Of a stretch of DNA of 49,048 nucleotides, positions 24,530-37,939 are shown one piece after another. The translations under genes and the position numbers were made by a program. Numbering within the stretch: position 1 is the stretch's first letter; each line of letters starts with the position of its first letter. The notes under the pieces were generated by a model that did not search any database, had not been told where the DNA came from, and was given only the letters and a program-made list of their open reading frames with translations. Origin of the DNA: Chiloscyllium plagiosum (lineage: Eukaryota); NCBI RefSeq assembly GCF_004010195.1, contig NC_057734.1:44078221-44127268 (forward strand). The letters run 5' to 3'.

Positions 24530-25020
24530 GTTTCAAAAAGATTCACAAGGATTCTCCAAGGTGTGGACGGATTGCTTTATGTGGAAAGATTAAGCAGGTT
24601 GGGACTCTACTCATTGGAGTTGAGAAGAATGAGAGATGATCTCATTGAATCATATAGGATTCTTAATTAACTTGACAGGGTAAATGTCGAGAGGATGTTT
24701 CCTCTCATGGTAGAGTCTAGGATCAGTGGGCATAGTCTCAGAATTAAGGGATGCCAGTTTAAGATTGCGTTGAAGAGAAATTTCTCCTCTCAGAGAGTCA
24801 TGAATTTTTGAAAATTCTTGCCACAAAGGGTTGTGGGGGCAGAGTCTTTACGCATATTTAAGGCTGAGATAGATTCTTGATCAGTCGGAGAATCACAGGT
24901 TATTCGGAAAGGACAGGAAAGTTGACGTGAAGAGTGTTAGGTTAGCCTTGGTCCTGTTGAATGGCAGAACAGGTTCGAGGGGCCGAATGGCCTACTTCCG
25001 TTCCTGGTTCGTATGGTCTT
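24530..25020 (+). mobile_element. CR1 LINE 3' fragment in intron
   Basis: RLSRLGLYSLELRRMRDDLIE motif and GAATGGCCTACT tail. Confidence 0.85.
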
Positions 25021-25544
25021 AAACAATTTGTCAGACGAGATAGAAACGGTAAATAGGGCGTTTGACCACAACTAGGGCTAGACGAAAGATTAGTGCTAAC
25101 ATCAAGACTTCTAAAAGCGCTTGGTGTGGGAGTCAGTTTACTCTACCTCGGCGGACGAATGCTAGCACGGTCAGATGGTCATTGTCGTTAGGTGAAGAAA
25201 AACGTTGTCATTTGGAAAATATATGGCTCTAAAAAACTGAAGATTATTTCGGGAAAGGAAGTTGGAGAGCTCCGGACCAATGATATCCCGCAGAGGCTCT
25301 GACAGCAACACCAGCGTGTAACCTCGGATGGGGAGCCGCTGACGGACTGACGGCCAGTCCAGGACGCTGGGCACCAGGTTGAGGATAGGCTTGGCAGCCG
25401 GGGGATTGAGTTCAGGAAACTTCATAGAAGCTTTGGTGTTGCCGTTGAATGAAATAGAAACAGAAAATAAAATTACAGAAAATAAAACGTGAGTCAGCAA
25501 GAGAAAACGAGAGAATTGAGGGCTGACGTTTATATCTGAAGACG

Positions 25545-25885
25545 GCAGCAATATGTTTATTGCTGCTGACCCAGTAATCCATAGGCCTGGAAGCAAATAC
25601 GGAACATGGGTTCAAATTCAATGTTGAAAAAAATGGAATTTGAAGGGAGTCTCAGTGATGGTCACTATCACAATTATCATGCACTGTTGTAAAATCCGAT
25701 GTGGTACATTTATATCCTTTAAGGAGGTAAATCTGCCACCCTTACTCATTGTCGCCTACTTGTGACTCCAACAACATGATATTGACACTTTAATATCATC
25801 TGAAATGGCCCTGCATGCCACTCTGTAATATTTAGGTGTAGGCAACAAATGATAGGCTTGCTAGCGGTTTCCACAACCCATGACA
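25545..25885 (+). mobile_element. SacSINE/DeuSINE-like SINE
   Basis: tRNA box B-like GGGTTCAAAT; central AAATCTGCC..CCTTAC..GCCTAC..GTGACTCCA block shared with 41030-41335. Confidence 0.6.
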
Positions 25886-26117
25886 GTTAAAGATTAAAGA
25901 AGATAGTCACGCAATTGATTTAACTTGCTTTTGTTTCCATTGTAACTTCTCTGCAGTGTAGACTGAACCTGTGCCATAATGACGTAAATAATATATCTGC
26001 AAGGTTTTTGTCATCTTTTATCATGTAAAATAACATTAACAAATTCATCTCAGGTGCATTTCGCCAAGAGCTCAGTGTGACACAGACCATTAATATCGCT
26101 TTCTGTGTACTCTGCAG

Positions 26118-26252
26118 GACACTTCAAGGTCAGGTACAACAATATATGCGACCTTGTTTTCTGCAAGAAATGGAGAAGACCCGCAGGATCTGGAGATCGT
26201 TAATTCTGATCCACTGGTGGAAAAGAAAGCGACCAACATCTCACCAGCAGAG
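26118..26252 (+). CDS. IgSF receptor cytoplasmic exon with ITSM
   Basis: Acceptor TACTCTGCAG, 135 nt, phase 0; encodes DTSRSGTTIYATLFSARNGEDPQDLEIVNSDPLVEKKATNISPAE; ends at a putative GC donor GAG|GCATGT. Confidence 0.8.
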
Positions 26253-26275
26253 GCATGTTGGCATAAACAATGATT

Positions 26276-26469
26276 AGGAGGTGCCGGTGTTGGACTGGGG
26301 TGGACAAAGTTAAAAAATCACACAACACCAGGTTATAGTCCAACAGGTTTATTTGGAAGAACTAGCTTTCGGGGCGCTGCTCCTTCGTCAGGGGGAGGAA
26401 GGAGCAGCACTCCGAAAGTTAGTATTTCCAAATAAACCTGTTGGACTATAACCTGGTGTTTTGTGATGT
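26276..26469. mobile_element. Palindromic Penelope-terminus insertion
   Basis: Inverted arms AACACCAGGTTATAGTCCAACAGGTTTATTTGGAA and TTCCAAATAAACCTGTTGGACTATAACCTGGTGTT; 18-bp TSD TTGGC(A/T)TAAACAATGATT at 26258-26275 and 26470-26487. Confidence 0.82.
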
Positions 26470-26773
26470 TTGGCTTAAACAATGATTTTAGATTTCGATT
26501 TAAATGGAGAATGTTTCTACAATCCGGTTACTCAATGAATATTAGAAAATCATGCAACGGCAATTGAAAATAATGAAATATTTATTCAGTCTGCGGCTGA
26601 GTGTCATCTTTCGAATGTGAATTAACAAATGAATGAATTTACCACGCTCAGTTTGAAGGCTGAGTTGCTGCAATGTGTGCAGACTGATATAATCTCGAAA
26701 AGTACTTAGCTGTTTGCTTAAATTCTCCATGCATCAAAATACGGAGAACTAATGCGTTGTCCTACACTTACAG

Positions 26774-26884
26774 GTGGAGTATTCAACAGTGAACAGGCGC
26801 AAAGCAGAGCCCAAGACAGAAAGTGGACACGATGAGCAAATGGTTTACTCCAAGCTGCAGTTTAAAAAGGGTGAGATGCAATAG
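26774..26884 (+). CDS. IgSF receptor terminal exon with ITIM and ITIM-like motifs
   Basis: Acceptor CCTACACTTACAG, phase 0; encodes VEYSTVNRRKAEPKTESGHDEQMVYSKLQFKKGEMQ-TAG. Confidence 0.85.
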   Translation: MEYSTVNRRKAEPKTESGHDEQMVYSKLQFKKGEMQ

Positions 26885-27844
26885 AGTGCAACTCACAGTC
26901 CTTTCATGTTTCTGACTAAACATTTATGTTGGGAGAAAAGCTGCACATCTAAACTAAAATCAGGAAATACTGAGGGCGTTCAATACGTCAGATAGCATTC
27001 AGGGAGAGAGAAACCTCTTGTAGCACCATCACTCTTTCTGTCATTTCAGATATTTTCTAACCAACCTGTTCAGAGATATTATTACACACCTCTGGAACAG
27101 GTGAGACTTGCTTAACCCCTATCACTGGGCAACAACAAAAAAAACCCTTTTAATCATTCCTGGGCGCTTCATTCTTATACAGACTCTTTTTGTTGTCCTA
27201 CCGCCTCGTTTCCTCTCTCCACAAGTTCTGCCTGACTCTGTCATACTCTGCAGCATTTTCTGTTTATATTAGCAGAAGTTCTGCGTTAGTATTTAACAGT
27301 ACATTGGGAAGTGTTTACTCCTATTGCGGTCTGGTCATTCTGCATACTCATCTTAGATCCCTTGCTTCATAAATCAGATGAGTAATGGGAGATACTGAAT
27401 CACACGTTTGGCGAGTCGAGGGACAATGGCTTCTTGTAAACTAGAGGGACTTTTAAAACTCATCTGCTGCAAGTGCTCGAGTTTCTTCAGGCCAGGCGGT
27501 AGACTATTGAAGTTCTCCAATAGTTCTAAACTATTGAAGCAACCATTAGAAATCATTGAAATAATGATAGAGTTAATTGTAATTTTCTCAGGAATTACCG
27601 TGAAGGACTGTATTTAACCTGAGGCTTAATGACCTTGAGAGAGCAATCCTATGGACTGGCATGGCGACAGCTACTTTATCCTACTTTACACAGTCCTATA
27701 GTAAAACTTCAAAACCGTTTTTGAATTAAGTGTAAGTAGATCTTAACAACACAGTAAATTGATAGTTAGCTAAAATAAAGCCCACTGAATCTGCAAAAAG
27801 CAAGTTTCTACATGTTGAATATAAAACTTCTCTATTATGACGTG

Positions 27845-30800
27845 GAACTCCACATTGTACACATTAGAACTAATCATACAGAAAGGAAAAGGGATGAAAT
27901 TTTGAAGGGAGAATATAGGAAATTAGGTAGGAATTTAAAAGGTAGGTCCACGATGATAGTAAAATCTGGATTACTCCCAGTGCTACGAGCTAGTGAGGGT
28001 AATTTTGAAGGATAGAGCAGATGAATGCCTGGCTGAGGAGCTTGTGCAGAGGAAAAGGATCAGCGGAATCACTTCTGGGGTAGAAGTGACCTGTATAAGA
28101 AGGACAGATTGCACCTGCATTGGAAGGGAGTTAATATACTGGCAGGGAGGTTTGCTAGAGCTGCTGGGGAGAATTTATAATGGTAGGGTGGGGGAAATGG
28201 GACCCGGGGATATAGTGAGGAAAAAGATCAGTCTGAGACTGGTGCAGTTATGAAAAAGAGCAAGTCAGGAGCAAAGCAGAGAACGAGGTAGGATTGATAA
28301 ATTAAACTGCATTTACTTCAATGCAAGAAGCCCAACAGATAAGACAGGTGAACTCAGAGCATGGTTAGAAGCATGGGACTGAGATATCATAGCAATTACA
28401 GAGACATAGCACAAGGATGGACAGGACTGGCAGCTCAATACAACTGCTATAGGAAGGATAGGAAGGGAGGGCAAGGGATGGAGAGTGGTGGTGTTTTTGA
28501 TAAAAGATAACAGGACGGCTGTCCTTAGGGAGTATATTCCTGGGAATACGTGCACGGACGTTATTTGGGTAGAACTGAGAAATAAGAAAGGGATGATAAC
28601 CTCATTGGGATTGTACTATAGACACCCCTACACTAACACTAACAGCAGGACCACCCACCCCCACCACCCCCAATATTCAGTGGGAAATTGAGAAACAAAT
28701 TTGCAAGGAGATTACAGTTGTCTGTAAGAATAATAAGGTAGTTAGGATAGGGGATTTTAACTTTCTAAACAGAGATTGGGACTGCCAAAGTTTTCGGGTT
28801 TAGATGAATAGGAATTTGTTAAGCATGTATCAGAAAAAATTTTGATTCAAAATATGGGTGTACCTACTAGAGAAGGTGCAAAACTTGACTTACTCTTGGG
28901 AAATAAAGCAGGGTAATGAGATGTCAGTGGGGGTACATTTTGGGGCCAGCGACCATAATTCTATTAGTTTTAAAATAGTGATGGAAAAAGATAGACCAGA
29001 TCTAAAAGTTAAAGTTGTAAATTGAAGGAAGGAACTTTCAAACATTGATTGGGGGCAGATGTTCACGGATAAAGGGAAGCCTTCAAAAATAGGAAACCTT
29101 CAAAATGGGATAATAGAAATCCAGATATATTATGATTCTGTTGGGGGAAAGGCAAGGCTGGTAGGTGTAGGGAATGCTGGATGACTGGAGAAACTGAGCT
29201 TCTGATATTGAAAAAGGAGGAGCATATATCAGGTATAGACAGCAGAAATTGAATGAATCCTTAGAAGAGTATCAAGGCAGTAGGTGTATATTTAAGCGGG
29301 AAGTCAGGAGGGCAAAAAGGGAACATGAGATAGCTTTGGCAAATAGAATTAGGAATAATCTAAAGGGATTTTATAAAAAATATTAAGGATAAAAGAGTAA
29401 CTAGGGAGAGATTAGGGCCCCACAAATATCAGTAAAGCAGCCTATGTGTGGAACTACTGGAGATGGGGGAGATATTTAACAAATATTTTGGATCAATGTT
29501 TACTGTGGAGAAGGACATGGACGATATAGAATAAGGGGAAATAAATGAAATAAATGATGGCATCTTGTAAAGTGTCCATATTACACAGAAGGAGGTGCTG
29601 GATGTTTTAAAATGCATAAAGGTGGATAAATTCCCTGGCCCCAATCAGGTGTACCCGAGAATTCTGTGCGAAGCTAGGGAAGTGATTGTTGGGCCCCTTG
29701 CTGAGGTATTTGTTTCATCGATAGTCACAGGTGCCAGAAGACTGGAGGTTGGCTAGCATGGTGCCACTCTTTAAGAAAGATGGTAAGGAAAAGCAGGAAC
29801 TATAGACGGGTGATCCTGACACTAGTGGTGGGCAAGTGGAGGGAATCTGAAGGGATAGGATGTACATATATTTGGAAAGACAAGGCCTGATTAGGGAGAA
29901 TCAACATGGCTTTGTACATGGGAAATCATAGTCAAAACGTGTGTTGCTGGTAAAGCACAGCTGGTCAGGAGGAGCAGGAGAGTCAATGTTTCAAGCATAA
30001 GCTCGACATCACTTTCTCCTATGTGGGAAATCATATCTCACAAACTTGACTGAGTCTCCTTTCTATTAAAAGAATGTTGTGAAACTTGAATGGGTTCAGA
30101 AAAGATTTACAAGGATGTCACCAGTGTTGGAATATTTGAACTGTCAGGAGAGGCTGAATAGGTTGGGTCTGTTTTCTCTGGAGCATTGGAGGGTGAGGAG
30201 TGACATATAGTGGTTTATAAAATCATGAGGGGCATGGATGGCATAAATAGATTTCCCTGGGGTGAGGGAGTCCAGAACTAGTGGGCATAGGTTTAGGGTG
30301 AGACGGGAAAGATATAAAAGGGACTTAAAGGGCAATATTTTCCTACAGAGGATGGTGCATGTATGGAATGAACTGCCAAAGGAATTGGTGGAGGCTGGTA
30401 CAATTACAATATTTAAAAGGCATCTGGATGAGTATATGAATAAGACGGTTTAGAGGGATGTGGGCCAAGTGCTGGCAAATGTGTCTAGATTATGTTAGGA
30501 TATCTGGTCAGCATGTATGCGTTGTTCAGAAGGGTCTATTTCTGTGCTGTACATATCTATGTCTCTGAGGGCAGAGTGGTGGATGGGATCCATACGGAGT
30601 TCAGAAAGGCCTTAGACAAGATTTCTCATGATAGGCCGATAAACAAGGTTTGATCACATGGAATACAGGAAGAACTAACTATTTGGATACAGAACTGGCT
30701 CACAGGTAGAAGACAGAGGGTGGTGATGGGGGGTTGACTTTCAGACTGGAGGCCTGTGATCAGTGGTATGCCACAAGGATTAGTGCTGGGTCCACTACTT

Positions 30801-31775
30801 TTTATCATTTACATAAATGATTTGGATGTGAACTTAGGAGGAATAGTTACTAAGTTTGCAAATTACACCAAAATTGGAGGTGGAGTGGAGAGCAAAGATG
30901 ATTACCTCAGTGTACAATGGGATCTTAATCAGATGGGCCAATGGGCTGAGGAGTGGCAGATGGAGTTTAATTTAGATAAATGTGAGGTGCTGAATTTTGA
31001 AAAGGCAAATCAGGGCAGGACTTTTGCAATTAATGGTAAGGTCCTGGGGAGTGTTGCTGAACAAAGAGACCTTGGAGTGCAGGTTCATCATTTCTTGAAA
31101 GTGGAGTCACAGGTAGATTGGCTAGTGAAGAAGGTGTTTGGTGTGCTTTCCTTGGTCAGAGTACTGAGTACAGGAGTTGGGAGGACATGTTGCAGCTTGC
31201 AGGACATTGGCTGGGCCACTTTTGGAATATTGTGTACAATTCTGGTCTCCCTCCTAGGTGAAAGATGTTGTGAAACCTGAAAGAGTTCAGAAAAGATTTA
31301 CAAGAATTTTGCCAGGGTTGGAGCGTTTGAGCTATGGGGAGAGGTTGAATAGGCTGGAGCAGTTTTCCCTAGAGCATCAGAGGCTGAGGGATGATCGTAT
31401 AGAAGTTCATTAAATCATGGGGGACATGGATGGGGTCAATAGACAAGGTCTTTTCCTCAGGTGGGGAAGTCCAGAACTGGAGGGCATAGGCTTAAGTTGA
31501 GAGGGGAAAGATTCAAAAGGGACCTAAGGGGCAACCTTTTCACACAGAGGGTGGTGCGTGTATGGAATGAGCTGCCAGAGGAAGTGGTGGAGGCTGGTAC
31601 AATTACAACATTTAAAAGGTATCTGGATGTGTATATGAATAGGAAGGGTTTAGAGGGATGTGGGCCAATTGCTGGCAAATGTGACTAGATTAGGTTAGGA
31701 CACCTGGTCTACATGGACGAGTTACACCGGAGGGTCTGTTTCCATGCTATACATCTCTCTGACTCCATGACTTTA
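27845..31775 (+). mobile_element. Degenerate CR1 LINE (ORF1 end plus ORF2) with nested CR1 3' fragment (about 30065-30570) and Penelope tail (about 29930-30005)
   Basis: SGLLPV esterase, endonuclease motifs, GMPQGLVLGPLLFIIYINDL..KFANYTK RT and C-terminal FTQRVVRVWNELP, the last occurring twice. Confidence 0.9.
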
Positions 31776-32229
31776 TATTACTTAACAAAACAATCCTTTA
31801 AAAATTTTGTATAATAATTAGATTTTACAAAGTCCCATGTATCTGCCCGAATCATTTATGTTGATGTACAAAACCTGCAAAAAATAAATAAAAGTGAAGG
31901 CATTTCTAAAGTTTTTAATTTCGGTTTTGCTGTCTGGTGGGACACTTCAAGCTGAATAGCTGTTTAGCCTGTTTGTTGACACCACTGCTGGAAACCTGAG
32001 AAGCTCTTCACTTGGCGCTAGATTGAAACCAATGCCAGGAAATGGAAAAACCAAGCTGCACTATTTGTTCATCCCTCAACCCCAAGAAAGGCTCTTTGTT
32101 TCCAGATCAGTGAAACATACCCATTCTTCATCGTTGACAGCAGCACAAAGCAGATCAATGCAGGATAATAACTTTCCCAAAAAGTTTGATGGCTTTTTAA
32201 ATACAGTTCAACCTTATTAAAGTGTAAAT

Positions 32230-32625
32230 TAACCACCACAATCCCTACAGTGTGGAAACAGGCCATTTGGCCCAACAAGTCCGCACTAATACCTGAAGAA
32301 TAACCCAACCAATCCCATTCCCCTACCCTGTTACTCGACATTTCTCCTGAATAATGCACCTAGTGCACGTGCGGCTTGGCCAATTCACCTAACCTGCATA
32401 TCTTTAGGTTGTGAGATAATCACCTCACATAGATTCCTGATGAAGGGCTTTTGCCCAAAACGTCGATTTTCCTGCTCCTCGGATACTGCCTGACCTGCTA
32501 TGCTTTTCCAGCACCACTCTGACCAAAACTCTGGTTTCCAGCATTTGCATTCCTCACTTTTGCCCACCTCACATAGTCAATCGCCCGAACCCAGATCCCC
32601 AGCGCTGTGAGACAGCAGCGCTTTA
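32230..32625 (-). mobile_element. HE1-like SINE interrupted by a Penelope terminal fragment (about 32430-32565)
   Basis: Reverse-complement similarity to 35047-35312; insert carries CTGATGAAGGGCTTTTGCCCAAAACGTC. Confidence 0.7.
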
Positions 32626-35046
32626 TCCCATTTTATCCTGCAGGAAACGAGACTGCCAACAGGCGGCTTCAAATTGAAAAAAAAAACTCGGCGTCTGAGA
32701 GTGGAATTTGTCCCTATTGTGGGGATAACCCTTCACTGAATACTTTAGGTCTTAAAGCAGAAATGAGATGATCAGTATGGGCTCTTGAACTGAAACGCTG
32801 GTTTAACATAGCATGCTATCTCGGTTAAGGAAGTTTAAACTATATTTGGCGCGAGACCCCTGAACCAATAAATTGGTACTGTACATACCTGCTGGAGCTT
32901 ACTGAAGAGGGTTGTTTGGCATCTTGTGCCCAACCCTTCAATATTCCCTTTGCTGAGAGCTGCGCGTTGTTTAGGAGTAAACATGAGGATGAAAATGCAT
33001 TGGAGAATAGTGATCTCACTGGAGATCGTGGCTGCTGGAGCTGTGCAGAAAATCTCTAAAACACCTCGGCCAACTTCCCGAGACAGTTTGACAAAGATTG
33101 CAGTCACACTCACCTTGCTCTGGAAAACCCCGGAGGACACGAAATTGAAAAGTGCAAGAGCCGTGTAACTTCACCCTGTGGAGTCACCAGCGGAAGCTGT
33201 GCTCGCTGCAACACTTTCACCTGAAGGAGGACAGGTGACGAGGCAGAACAGCACCAGCCCCTGCAGGAGGGTTAGGGGGAACCCCTGCTCCCTGTGGATA
33301 GAGGCATCCATATTGATCTGCCCCTTAGGATCTGGAGTGCGTTTGTTTTATTTCAAAATGTATTTTATTCTAGTCCCTAAAGCCGTTCTGTACAGTAGAA
33401 TCTGAAGGAACAAGCACACATTGGAGTTTGACTCTGTCCAGTTAAAAAAAACCCAAAGGCATTTCTTATTTGTACAGGACTATATCTCTAATCGAGACTT
33501 GTGCAGGTTGTCCCTCAGTCGTCCTGGAACATAGCGCTTGTCTAAACAGCCCAGACGTTCAGTGCGAGCGTGTGTGAGGAGCTCTGCAGCATTCGGGTCC
33601 ACTCAGTGTTTGAATGCTCAACCTACAGATGTCTGCTCAACACCTCCAGGCAAGTTATGATCATCGGAACTTAGGACCTGAACTGCGCGTTTAATTCAGA
33701 TTTGCAAGCAAGTTGCAATTTGTGCAGCACCCATCCGCCGCACCCCAGTTTTCTCACGCTTAGACAGAATGCAGACTCCTGACTTTGAGTTACCGTAAAA
33801 CATTCAAACCAAAACGCAGAGTCGGTGAGCCGCAGGTGCTTACTAAGCGAAAAAAAAGTGAAGCTGAATCAATTAACGACGAGGGGCCAACTCCGTGTTA
33901 CTTTGCTGTAACTCCAAACGCCTTCAGTATTTAAAATAGTCACTGCTTTGAAAGCTTTGAAAGCTTTCATTTTCTCCCCCCATTTAGTTTCGGAAGTAAT
34001 ATGGCTCTTTGGCCCACTTCCATTGGAAGAAGATCAGTTTGTATTCGAACTTAATTGTATTAGAAAGGAAGCAATAGTTCAGGTTCTCACTAACAACACG
34101 GTAATGTTGCGTGCAAACAGCGGCGTGACTCTGGGTTAAGTCACCCACATATACGCTCGCATGAAAAACGAAACCAATAAAATTGCCCACGCTGTCTGTC
34201 ACATACCACCTACAGGTAGTTTATCTGTCTACATAGTAACAGCAACAGTGATCAATGCTCATTACTAAATGTTCGTGTAGAAAGAGAGGATTCAATTGCT
34301 TTTTACATCCTTTTGAACTGGGACCATTTCTGTACGCATTCAAAATAGATCCAATCACCGATTATTCAAACACACAATGAACCGACTGTGTAAACGCCCT
34401 TATTCCATAATTAATGGAGGAAAGTTCTTATATTATAAAGAATAATATCACTGGGTAAAAATTTTGATTAATTTATATTCATACTGAAGATGCATTGCCC
34501 GTCCCTAGTTGCCCCTACAGAAGGTGGCAGTGAGCTGTCTTCAATGCCCCAGAGGGTGAACTCTACTCTTGAACCGTGTAAGTCCGTGGGGCACAGGGAA
34601 ACCCACAGTGCTGTTTGGAAGGGAATGCCGGATTTTAATCCAGTCACAGAGAAGTGAAGTGGCGATAGTTCCATGGGCGGGGTGAAGCTTGTGGGGGAAT
34701 ACGAAGGTCCTGGTTTTCCCATGTTCTGTTCCTGTTTCTTTTGCCCATTGAGATCAGCTGGCTGGCACTTGAATTCCCCCCCCACCCCCCCATTCATGGG
34801 TATGGACAAGCTCTCACCCTTTGGCGGTGGTCAAGGGGAAGTTTGACCCGGTCAGCCCCGGAAATTCGACAGGTCTTCCCGATCACCCCCCTCCCCCCCC
34901 CCTTACAAAACTTCGGCGGAACTCCAGGGCAAGCTGTGTAAAAGGTTGTTTAATCCCGGTGCTGCGGGAGAACACCGGGGAAAATTATGCATTGGAAACA
35001 TCGATGCGAGAAAGAAAGAAACAACCGAAGGGCGTCAAATAACGTA

Positions 35047-35312
35047 GGGACATGGCTCGGTGGTTAGCACTGCCTCGCAGCGCCAGGGTCCCAGATTCGA
35101 TTCCAGCCTCGGGCGACTGTCTGTGTGGAGTTTGCACATTCTCCAACAGATGTGCAGGTTAGGTGAATTGGTCATGCTAAATTGCCCGTAGAGTTAGGTG
35201 CATTAGTTAGGGGGGATGGGTCTGGGTGAGTTACTCTTCGGAGGGTCGGTATGGACTAGTTGGGCTGAAGGGTTGTTTCCACACTGTAGGGAATCTAATC
35301 TAATCCAATCTC
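35047..35312 (+). mobile_element. HE1-like tRNA-derived SINE
   Basis: Box A TGGCTCGGTGG, box B-like GATTCGATTCC, V-SINE-type TGTGTGGAGTTTGCACATTCTCC, CR1-like tail ending (AATCT)n. Confidence 0.8.
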
Positions 35313-36949
35313 ATACCGCTGTCACACTCTCAGTTATGGTATAGTTTGCATTCGAACTAATTCGTTTGAAGGCCGAGTTTGCCAGTGGAAACAGTTTATG
35401 TTTATAAACAAAAAACTCATTAATTTGCTGTTACATCCACATCCAACTCACTAACTTAAACCTAAAACGCATCTAAATGTAATTTATTAATGTTCTCCAA
35501 AAGCCTTGTTCCATCAAATCAAGACGGTTATCACGTTAATGATATTGATATTTTGCATTGTAAATGTCGATAATCGGGAGCAAAAGCAACCATATGGGCG
35601 CTGTAGAGAATTAGAAACACTACATTTATATATATTTTAAAAAGCTGAATAAAGGTGACATGTGGTTTCTTCGGGTGAAGCAGGACTGCAAATTAACTCT
35701 GCAATACAGGGCAAGACTTTCATTTTTTGCTTAAGGTGGGAATACATATGCGTCCGAAGCTAAGAATTTAATAACGATGGCGAAAAGATAACAACATCTC
35801 ACCGCAACACAGTTCCCATTATAGCATGGGACTTAAATGCGTTTGTGCCATCAATGGTAGCTTAGTAATAGCAAGACACATCTTAAAGGTCACAGCTGCT
35901 GATCTGCATTTGTATGCCGCATCTTCTGATTGCAAAACAGAAACCACAACGTGATATGCAGACTGTTTTCTGACCAGAACAATTTCTAAAAAGCCTATAC
36001 ATGATTAAAATGTGAATTTTACAAAAACAAGTGGAGGACATCAAGGTCTGACATCAGGGAGGTGTTATATTTGCACTTGAGTTGTATTCTCATCATTATG
36101 CTGCACCTTGAATCCAAGTCGTCTCCATCACAAAGTTCAGTACTTAGATCTTTCATCTCCCTGCACCCTCCTGCCCAAACTTTCAGTCCTGCTGTTGTTA
36201 CCTCCAGTATTGGCTGCACAATATTCCTCTGGCAAAGTCTAGCATATTCCGTTTTCCACAAACTTCAACTTCAATCCCAAACTCTACTGTAGATTACCCA
36301 ATTGGTACCAAGTCCCACTTACCCTTTGCTTTCTACTTACAGTGGCTCTGAATCCACTAAAACGTTGAACTTTAATTTCTCCACAGACTGGTCAAAGCAA
36401 TGGAGTTTCTTTGTGGGAGTTCACAAGGAACAGGCCTGTTCCTTCCCCTTCCATAGGAAGATGAAAATAAATTTCTACTCAGAGCCTTGTGGAGAGATGT
36501 AAGCAAACCTGCTTCACCCTTAACATTGCAATCATGGTCATTACTATTCAGTGGTGATCTTATCTATAAAGAAAATATAACAATGCAAAATTGCCATTCT
36601 TTCCTAATCTGGCCTACACGTACATTCACATTTTCCAGCACTTGGCTCGCAGCCTTCTATGCTTTGGCATTTCAAATGATTGTCTAAATATTCCCTAAAA
36701 GTTGTGATGGTTCCCACTTCTACCACCTTTTTTGGCACTGTGCTCTAGATATTCATCACCATCTGGAAAAAAGAAATTATTTTCCACATTCTCCTGCCCT
36801 CAATTAATGACCTGGTGACCATGGAAAACACTTTTCCCTATCTGTGATAACCATGCCTCTCATATGTTTGTACACCTCAATCAGCTCTTCCCTCCCCTTT
36901 CCTTGTTCTAAGGAAAAGGATAGTAGGAGTTGAATATAAACTCTCAAAC

Positions 36950-37932
36950 TGGAGTAGTGATAGTGAATAAATTATTAAACAAGAATGTAAGTAATACATG
37001 TACAGCTGCAATTACAGGTGACTTCAATCTGTATTTAGATTCGGCAAATCAAATCAGTAACAATACAGTAGGGAAGGAATTGTTGGAGTGTATATTTGAT
37101 GAGTCAATATGTTGACGAACCAACTCAAGAAAAGGCTATTCTTAACTGTGTACTAGGCAATGAGGAAGGAATAGTTGGCAATCTAGTTGTGTGTGGGCCC
37201 TTAGGGAAGTGTGATCACAAAGGATAAAATGCTTCATTAACATGAAAAGTCACATGGTTGTTTCTCAGACCAGGGTCCTAAATTTAAATAAAGGCAACCA
37301 AACCATGATTGTAAGTGATGTGAGCTGGCCATGATAAATTGGGGACTGTTAGGATGTCACTAGATTGGCAATGGCAAACAATTAAATAGTCCGTGGATGA
37401 ACTATGAGAGTTATTCATTCAAGTCTGGCATACAAATGAAATGGGAAATATCCTCAAACTATGGCTAGCAAGAGAAAATTGGGATAATATTAACCCCAAA
37501 GAACAGGCATAAAAAGTGACCAAATGAACAACAGACTTAAACATTGGGAAGATTTTGAATTCTCGCAAAGGGAAACAAATAGACTAATTAAGAAGGGGAA
37601 AATAGAATGTGAGAGTGGGCATTTGCAGGTAATATATAGACCAATAGTAAAAAGCCTCCATTGGTACATGAACAGAAAGTGATTGGTGAAGATGAATATC
37701 AGTCCCCTACAGCCAGAAACAGTAGAATTTATAATGGAGAACAAGAAGATGGTAATTAAATACCTACTTCAGTTCTGTCTTCACAAAGGAAGACACATGT
37801 ACTTCCCAATATCATGGGGGATGAAAAGATTAATGGGAAGGAGAAATTGGAAAAAAATGTGTTGGTAGGGAAATTATGTTGGGGATACTAATAGGATTAA
37901 AGTTGATAAATCCCCCATGTCCTGATAAGCTT
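36950..37932 (+). mobile_element. Old CR1 ORF2 endonuclease/tether fragment
   Basis: ITGDFNL motif; ends near a KSP-PD motif. Confidence 0.7.
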
Positions 37933-37939
37933 CGGTAAA

